From NCBI GenBank assembly GCA_964579575.1, contig CAZOGL010000004.1, positions 8,888 to 72,887 of the forward strand: a stretch of DNA of 64,000 nt, in the 5' to 3' direction. Positions 58,562 through 64,000 of the stretch are shown one piece after another. Below the pieces are notes generated by a model. The model did not search any database. It was not told where the DNA came from and saw only the letters and a list, made by a program, of their open reading frames with translations. This DNA comes from an uncultured Eggerthellaceae bacterium (GTDB taxonomy: Bacteria; Actinomycetota; Coriobacteriia; Coriobacteriales; Eggerthellaceae). Each line of letters opens with the position of its first letter. Position 1 is the stretch's first letter. The translations under genes and the position numbers were made by a program.

Positions 58562-59353
58562 TTGGATTCATCCGACTATCACGAACGTACTGATACGTTC
58601 ATTCGTCCGATACAGGAGAGAAATCTCGATTACGACCTGTACGACGCCCACTGCCATCTTGGATTCACCCAACAACCGGAAGCGCTTGCTGATGCGGCTG
58701 AACTCCAAGGAATTGGCGCGTTTTGTTGCACCGTTACCCCTGCAGAATATCTTGGGTTGCAGGTCCGTCTTCAATCCCATCCTAACGTCGATTTGGGTCT
58801 AGGCCTGCATCCTTGGTGGGTCGGTGAAGACGAGACGTCACTCGACCAATTCTTGGAGTTGTTGCCGGCAACTCGTTTCGTAGGGGAGATCGGGCTCGAT
58901 TTCAGCCCACGCTTTGAGACCACAGATGATATGCAGATCGAGGCAATTACCCGTATTCTGAATGCTTGTGCCGAGCAGGGAGACAAGATCATCAGCATCC
59001 ATTGCGTCCAGGCATACGACGAGCTTTTGGGTATATTGGACTCAACGGGAGTTTGCGATTCTTGCCAAGTGATCATCCATTGGTTCAGCGGCACGAGCGA
59101 CCAACTCATGTATGCCTATCGGATCGGCTGTTGCTTCTCCGTCGGACCCCGTATGCTCTCCACCAAGCGCGGGCGCGCCTATGTGAGGCAAATCCCCCGT
59201 GAGCGTATCTTCCTTGAAACTGATGCCCCCTTGGTTGACGCCAAGGTAGAAAACTTCCTTCCGGTTCCCTTTGATTTTGAGGAATGGCGAGAGCTGCTCG
59301 AAGAGGCGAACCGCCTTCTTGAGGCCGAGCCGACAAGCGAGCAGAAAAGCTAG
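58562..59353 (+). CDS. TatD family metal-dependent hydrolase
   Basis: DAHCHL N-terminal motif. The TTG at 58562, 5 nt after AAGGAG, is an inferred start. The track ORF starts at 58532. Confidence 0.78.
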   Translation: MDSSDYHERTDTFIRPIQERNLDYDLYDAHCHLGFTQQPEALADAAELQGIGAFCCTVTPAEYLGLQVRLQSHPNVDLGLGLHPWWVGEDETSLDQFLELLPATRFVGEIGLDFSPRFETTDDMQIEAITRILNACAEQGDKIISIHCVQAYDELLGILDSTGVCDSCQVIIHWFSGTSDQLMYAYRIGCCFSVGPRMLSTKRGRAYVRQIPRERIFLETDAPLVDAKVENFLPVPFDFEEWRELLEEANRLLEAEPTSEQKS

Positions 59354-59377
59354 CCGACAAACGAGACGTTTACGCAA
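59329..59377. repeat. 24-nt tandem duplication of the tatD-family gene 3' end
   Basis: gccgacaagcgagcagaaaagcTA (59329-59352; ends in the first two bases of the TAG stop) followed by gccgacaaacgagacgtttacgca (59353-59376), about 15 of 24 identical with the first 13 nearly perfect. Confidence 0.7.
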
Positions 59378-59478
59378 TAAAACCGGTCGTTGATCGCTTG
59401 TAGCGCGACCGTTGTCTTGATCGCTTCACTATAATGGGTCACAAGCAAAGTCAAAGGCTCGTTGCAAAGGAACTTGAG

Positions 59479-60408
59479 ATGACGATTTACCAAGACGTTA
59501 CCGAGATTATTGGCAATACCCCTCTTGTCGAGTTGGGAAACTTCGAGAAGAACCACGGTTTAAACGCAAGAATCGTAGGCAAGTTTGAGCGAGTGAACCC
59601 TACCGGCTCAATCAAGGACCGCACCGCCCTCGCTATGCTCGATGATGCGGAGAGTCGGGGATTGCTCGACCATGACACGGTCATCATTGAGCCCACAAGC
59701 GGAAACACCGGCGTCGGCCTCGCTGCCATCGCTGCCGCTCGTGGGTATCGTCTCATCATCACGATGCCTGAGACCATGAGCATCGAGCGACGCAATCTTA
59801 TGGCCGCCTATGGTGCCGAGCTTGTTCTCACCGATGGCGCAAAGGGTATGGCGGGTGCGATAGCCAAGGCCGAGGAACTGTGCTCAACTTTCGAGAAGGC
59901 TTTTATACCCGGCCAATTCGAAAATCCTTCCAATCCTGCGATTCATGAGCGCACCACCGGACCCGAAATCTGGGAGCAGACCGACGGCAAGGTCGACATG
60001 GTCATCGCTGGTGTCGGTACGGGTGGGACCATCACCGGAATCAGCCGGTTTCTCAAGGCTCAAAACCCCGCTATCAAGGTCATAGCAGTCGAGCCCGCTG
60101 GGTCTCCCGTGTTATCCGGAGGAGCGGCTGGCAAACACGACCTTCAAGGCATCGGTGCCGGGTTTGTGCCGAAAGCTCTCGACACGGATTCCTACGATGA
60201 GGTTATCACCATCGAGGACGAGCAGGCGTACGCCGCCGGCCGCGAGCTTGCCGCCCACGAAGGCTTGCTTGTCGGGATCACTTCGGGCGCCGCCGTAGCT
60301 GCTGCCGAGATACTTGCAAAGCGACCGGAAAACGAAGGTAAGCTTATCGTTTGCATCTTGCCTGACACCGGCGAGCGTTACCTTTCAACCGCCATGTTCG
60401 ATTTCTAA
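59479..60408 (+). CDS. cysK: Cysteine synthase A (O-acetylserine sulfhydrylase)
   Basis: [17 protein letters not shown] start. PLP lysine motif NPTGSIKDR. Motif GTGGTITG. Confidence 0.94.
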   Translation: MTIYQDVTEIIGNTPLVELGNFEKNHGLNARIVGKFERVNPTGSIKDRTALAMLDDAESRGLLDHDTVIIEPTSGNTGVGLAAIAAARGYRLIITMPETMSIERRNLMAAYGAELVLTDGAKGMAGAIAKAEELCSTFEKAFIPGQFENPSNPAIHERTTGPEIWEQTDGKVDMVIAGVGTGGTITGISRFLKAQNPAIKVIAVEPAGSPVLSGGAAGKHDLQGIGAGFVPKALDTDSYDEVITIEDEQAYAAGRELAAHEGLLVGITSGAAVAAAEILAKRPENEGKLIVCILPDTGERYLSTAMFDF

Positions 60409-60453
60409 AGAATTTTTTTGTAAGGGAATTTTCGGATTCTAAGGGAATTTCGC
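60400..60453. repeat. Three tandem diverged 14-20-nt units starting with the cysK stop codon
   Basis: gatttcTAAagaattttttt / gtaagggaattttc / ggattctaagggaatttcgc. Confidence 0.7.
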
Positions 60454-60632
60454 GAATATCTGCAGGGATACCGGCTCGACGTATGCCCGAGAGGACGTTG
60501 ATCCAGGACTGTTGGTCACTCGTGCACCCTCGCCTAAACGAAAAAGTCTGCTTCGTTCGAAAAATCAAGACCGCTTCATCCAAACAACCAAACCGTCCTT
60601 TCACGAACTTTCTGTGTGACTTTCGATAAGGA

Positions 60633-60659
60633 TTAGCACTCTTCGCTTGAGGCTGCTAA
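60633..60659 (+). promoter_or_regulatory. CIRCE operator (HrcA binding site)
   Basis: TTAGCACTC-N9-GGCTGCTAA against the consensus TTAGCACTC-N9-GAGTGCTAA. Left arm perfect, two mismatches in the right arm. About 30 nt upstream of hrcA. Confidence 0.8.
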
Positions 60660-60687
60660 ACTATCGGTGCTAAACAAAAGGAGTGAA

Positions 60688-61719
60688 TTGGTTTTGCTTT
60701 CGGATCGTCGTCAAAGAGTCCTGCGCGCACTTATCGAGGAATACGTAGCCAACGCGATGCCTGTCGGGTCGCGTACGCTGACCGAGCGCTACCAACTCGG
60801 TGTGAGTCCGGCGACCGTTCGCAACGAGCTTTCCGCCCTCGAAGAGGCGGGTCTTATCTCCCAACCGCACACGTCTGCGGGACGAATCCCCACCGACCAT
60901 GGCTATCGCGCATTCGTCGATTCTCTAGTCGAACAGGGCCTTGTTTCCGAAGAGGGCGATTACCGCAGTGTGACCGAGGAGTTGCGCTCTCACGCCTCTG
61001 AGCTTGACTCGCTTCTCGAGCGGACCACCCAAGTTCTTACCCGCATGACCGATTGCCTCTCCGTTGTCATGGCACCCACGGTACGCGATCTCTCCATCAA
61101 ACAGATCACCTTGGTCACTATGGATTCATATCGCGTCCTGCTCGTGCTCATCACAGAGGAGGGCAACGTTCTCAATCGCCAGATGGAATTTAGCGAACCT
61201 GTCAACGTTGAAGACATTGCCGCGGTGCAGCGCTTTCTCAACGAGGTTCTCTCAGGCAAGAGCCTCACGGAGCTTGAATCGGGCCTTGAGATCAGTATTC
61301 GGGAGTCCTATCACAACATCTATGTTCGTGCGGTCCTTCACGAGATCGTTGATTGTTTGAAGGCGTCGGTGCACGATTCCGGTGCGCCTCATTCCTACCG
61401 CCTGGGCTTAAGCTCGCTTATGACCCAACCTGAGTTCGCCTCGTCACGATCTCTGGTTCCCATCATGCAGGTGCTCGAGGACGACACAGTTTTGCTCCAA
61501 TTGGTCGACCAACCACAAGATGAGGGCCAAACGGGGCCCAAGGTCACTATTGGGACCGAGAACCCTGATTTCGGTCTTCCCGGTGTCTCCGTGGTCGCAA
61601 GCAAATACGGGCGCGGCTCAAGCGCAGGAGTTGTCGCCGTCATCGGTCCGACACGTATGGACTATTCAAAGGTAATTAACGCAGTCCGGGCTGTTTCGTC
61701 CGCCCTGCATGAGGAATAA
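60688..61719 (+). CDS. hrcA: Heat-inducible transcription repressor HrcA
   Basis: LSDRRQRVLRALIEEY...GSRTL...SPATVRNE. The start is uncertain: TTG at 60688 after AAAGGAG, GTG at 60667 in the track. Confidence 0.92.
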   Translation: MVLLSDRRQRVLRALIEEYVANAMPVGSRTLTERYQLGVSPATVRNELSALEEAGLISQPHTSAGRIPTDHGYRAFVDSLVEQGLVSEEGDYRSVTEELRSHASELDSLLERTTQVLTRMTDCLSVVMAPTVRDLSIKQITLVTMDSYRVLLVLITEEGNVLNRQMEFSEPVNVEDIAAVQRFLNEVLSGKSLTELESGLEISIRESYHNIYVRAVLHEIVDCLKASVHDSGAPHSYRLGLSSLMTQPEFASSRSLVPIMQVLEDDTVLLQLVDQPQDEGQTGPKVTIGTENPDFGLPGVSVVASKYGRGSSAGVVAVIGPTRMDYSKVINAVRAVSSALHEE

Positions 61720-61767
61720 CACCGCGCTCATCTCGCGGAGATAGAGGAAGAAGGGTAACGAACTAGC

Positions 61768-62892
61768 ATGGCTAAGGACCTGTATGAGGTTATCGGCGTA
61801 TCGCGTGATGCGACCGAGGAAGAGATCAAGAAGGCGTTTCGCAAGAAGGCAAGACAGCTCCATCCTGACGTCAACAAAGCCCCTGACGCTGAGAATCAGT
61901 TCAAAGAGCTGAACGAGGCCTACGACGTTCTCTCTGACAGGAACAAACGCGCACAATACGATCGCTTCGGCACCATTCCTGGTGCTGCCGGTGGCGCGGG
62001 CGGCCCTGGCTATGTTGACATGGAGGACATCTTCGGCGGAATGGGGGATATCTTCAGCAGCTTCTTCGGAGGCGGCGCTGGTGGGGGCGGGCGTCGTCCC
62101 CGTCGTGAGGGTCGCGACATGGGCATCGGATTGCGCGTCACGCTCGAGGAGGTCGCAACTGGCACGAAGAAAGAAATCGTCTACGATCGCCTCGCGCCCT
62201 GCGATACGTGTCACGGTACCGGCCTCGGTGAAGGTGGTCGCCAGGTCACCTGCACTGAGTGCAACGGCAAAGGCCGCGTCGTCACCGTTCAGCAAACCAT
62301 CCTTGGCAACATGCAGTCCGCTCAAACCTGTTCACGATGCAACGGCACCGGACAGATGATCGAGAATCCCTGCCCCGATTGCGAAGGTCAGGGACGTGCG
62401 CCCGATCGCCAACGTCTGAGCGTGGACGTACCTGCAGGAATCCACGACCAACAACAGGTACGCATTCCCCGCTATGGCGAGGCCGGTCTCAACGGCGCTG
62501 AACCGGGCGACTTGCTCGTAACCATCCGCATTTTGCCCCATGACGTCTTCCAACGCGATGGAGACAATCTGCACATGGAGGCAAAGATCTCCATGATCCA
62601 AGCCGCCCTCGGTGCGCAGATCGAGGTTGACGGCATCCTTCCTGACGAGAAGGTCGCGGTGCGCATCCCCGACGGATGCCAAAACGACCAGGTCATTCGC
62701 GTTCGTAACTACGGTATGCCGAAGGCCCGTTCCGACGTTCGTGGCGATCTGTATGTCCATATTACGGTCATCATCCCGAAAAAACTCACCGACCATCAAC
62801 GCGAACTGCTCGAACAACTTGCCGATGATATGGGCGAGGAGGTCGCCGGTGAGCGTTCCACGTGGGAAAAGCTCAAGGATGCCTTCAAATAA
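61768..62892 (+). CDS. dnaJ: Molecular chaperone DnaJ
   Basis: J domain with HPD, G/F-rich linker, four CxxCxGxG zinc motifs. Confidence 0.96.
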   Translation: MAKDLYEVIGVSRDATEEEIKKAFRKKARQLHPDVNKAPDAENQFKELNEAYDVLSDRNKRAQYDRFGTIPGAAGGAGGPGYVDMEDIFGGMGDIFSSFFGGGAGGGGRRPRREGRDMGIGLRVTLEEVATGTKKEIVYDRLAPCDTCHGTGLGEGGRQVTCTECNGKGRVVTVQQTILGNMQSAQTCSRCNGTGQMIENPCPDCEGQGRAPDRQRLSVDVPAGIHDQQQVRIPRYGEAGLNGAEPGDLLVTIRILPHDVFQRDGDNLHMEAKISMIQAALGAQIEVDGILPDEKVAVRIPDGCQNDQVIRVRNYGMPKARSDVRGDLYVHITVIIPKKLTDHQRELLEQLADDMGEEVAGERSTWEKLKDAFK

Positions 62893-62991
62893 GCAGTTAC
62901 ACGAACTTTAAGCTTTAGTTCCTTGCGAGCATGCATGTATGTATGTCGGTTTTGTAAGGTTGTCGATCCCATAAGCAAATGAGGTTGTTCT

Positions 62992-63780
62992 TTGTCGCTT
63001 CAGCATTTCTACCTTGATGAACAGGTCATTGCAAAGGAGGCCGATACCTCCTTCCGCCTTTGCCTTGGTAACGACGATTTGAAACACGTCCGCGTCCTGC
63101 GCATGGGACCGGGCGAGCATATTGCTGTCGTAGACGGTGAGAAGGACTATTTCGAGCTTGAAATTGATCGATTTGATGACGAGGGCTTGTATGTCCATAT
63201 CGCACGCCATCTCAAAGCCCCTCAAAAGCGACCCCGGGTCATCCTTCTCCAAGGGCTCGCAAAGGGCGACAAGATGGATGAGGTCATCCGCCACGCCACC
63301 GAGCTTGGCGTATCTGAGTTCATTCCTTTGGAGTGCGCTCGAAGCGTGATGAGGCTTGATGCGAAAAAGGCCCCGAAGAAACTGGAGCGTTGGAGAGCTA
63401 TCGCGAAGAGTGCCGCTATGCAATCTGGCCAGCCCTTCATACCTGAGGTCAGAGAGCCGTTAAAGCCAAAAGCCGCCGCTGCGGCCCTTGCCGATTGCAC
63501 GGCCGTATGCGTCTGTTGGGAGGAAGCTCCCTCCACAAAAAAGCTTGGAGACGCAATCCGTGCGGGCCTTATAGCCCATGGCCAAGCAAGGGATGAGGCA
63601 ATCGTCGCCCTCATCGTCGGCCCAGAAGGCGGCCTCACCGATACGGAGGTCCAAACGTTTTTGGAAACCTCGGAATGCGCGGCGCTCGTGTCCCTGGGAT
63701 CTAGCATCCTTCGCACTGAGACAGCCGGTATCGTTGCGCCCGCCTTGGCACTCTACGAACTCGGGTGTCTCGGTGGCTAA
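62992..63780 (+). CDS. rsmE: 16S rRNA (uracil1498-N3)-methyltransferase
   Basis: 262 aa, TTG start. C-terminal SPOUT motif GPEGGLT ... LGSSILRTETA. Confidence 0.85.
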   Translation: MSLQHFYLDEQVIAKEADTSFRLCLGNDDLKHVRVLRMGPGEHIAVVDGEKDYFELEIDRFDDEGLYVHIARHLKAPQKRPRVILLQGLAKGDKMDEVIRHATELGVSEFIPLECARSVMRLDAKKAPKKLERWRAIAKSAAMQSGQPFIPEVREPLKPKAAAAALADCTAVCVCWEEAPSTKKLGDAIRAGLIAHGQARDEAIVALIVGPEGGLTDTEVQTFLETSECAALVSLGSSILRTETAGIVAPALALYELGCLGG

Positions 63781-63781
63781 G

Positions 63782-64000
63782 ATGTTGTTCTCGGTCGTCA
63801 ACCTAGGGTGCAAGGTCAACAGGGTAGAAAGCGATAGCGTAGCCGCAACGCTGTTGGGACTTGGATGGAGCGAGGCGCCTCTCGAGGCATCGGACCTTGT
63901 TGTAATCAACACCTGTACGGTGACCGGCGAGGCGGAAAAAAAGACGCGCAAGACGGTACGCCACGCAATACGCATGAACGCGATAGCACCTATCGTCGTA
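63782..64000 (+). CDS. mtaB: Radical SAM methylthiotransferase, MiaB/MtaB family (5' partial, runs off the window)
   Basis: N-terminal UPF0004 domain: NLGCKVNRVESD ... VVINTCTVTGEAEKK. Its position after rsmE matches the dnaJ-rsmE-mtaB order seen in Gram-positives. Confidence 0.75.
   Translation, partial: MLFSVVNLGCKVNRVESDSVAATLLGLGWSEAPLEASDLVVINTCTVTGEAEKKTRKTVRHAIRMNAIAPIVV

Noticed and set aside
1-64000. Search for mobile elements, prophage remnants, toxin-antitoxin pairs, restriction-modification, retrons/DGRs or other defence islands.
   Set aside because: No transposase, integrase, reverse transcriptase, nuclease-methylase pair or small adjacent toxin/antitoxin-like ORFs were seen. 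Every sizeable ORF is accounted for by a housekeeping family or one of four small or hypothetical membrane proteins.

Overview
GC-rich chromosomal core region of a Gram-positive bacterium, with about 63 genes and almost all on the + strand. From the synteny I infer an anaerobic Actinomycetota, Coriobacteriia-like: carA-carB-pyrK-pyrD-pyrF-mihF-gmk-rpoZ, hrcA-dnaJ without grpE-dnaK, class 1B DHODH, ackA/pta, and frequent GTG/TTG starts. Gene order: GNAT(-), rimP-nusA-ylxR-infB-rbfA-nrnA-truB-ribF, mtnA, azlCD, a TerC gene(-) behind a yybP-ykoY Mn riboswitch, a hypothetical membrane protein, a DagK-like kinase(-), rnd, a Zn peptidase, xseAB, ackA, an HD/dGTPase-like gene, rnhA, pta, HAD(-), queDEC and queF, a C_GCAxxG_C_C protein, a macro-domain protein, an ABC exporter, dnaG, def-fmt-rsmB, a hypothetical membrane protein(-), pyrR-pyrB-pyrC-carA-carB-pyrK-pyrD-pyrF, mihF-gmk-rpoZ, thiI, comEA-comEC, holA, rpsT(-), lepA, a small ORF, dus, a small ORF, hemW, tatD, cysK, CIRCE-hrcA-dnaJ, rsmE and mtaB (partial). 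I see no transposase, integrase, CRISPR array, rRNA/tRNA gene or recognisable defence or toxin system, so gene content looks ordinary housekeeping. The main unusual signal is non-coding. At most operon ends, the DNA after the stop codon consists of diverged tandem copies of the gene's own last 11-56 nt, stop codon included. Each locus has its own unit. Similar in-frame micro-duplications occur at the 5' ends of pyrK and pyrD. I cannot tell from sequence alone whether this reflects a mutational process, a 3'-UTR function or a sequence artefact. Secondary points are a complete Mn riboswitch with a terminator and back-to-back promoters, a candidate leader attenuator before rimP-nusA, a candidate PyrR attenuator, a Cys/His tail on NusA and a double-length S20. 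All coordinates and motifs were read by eye. No database search was run.
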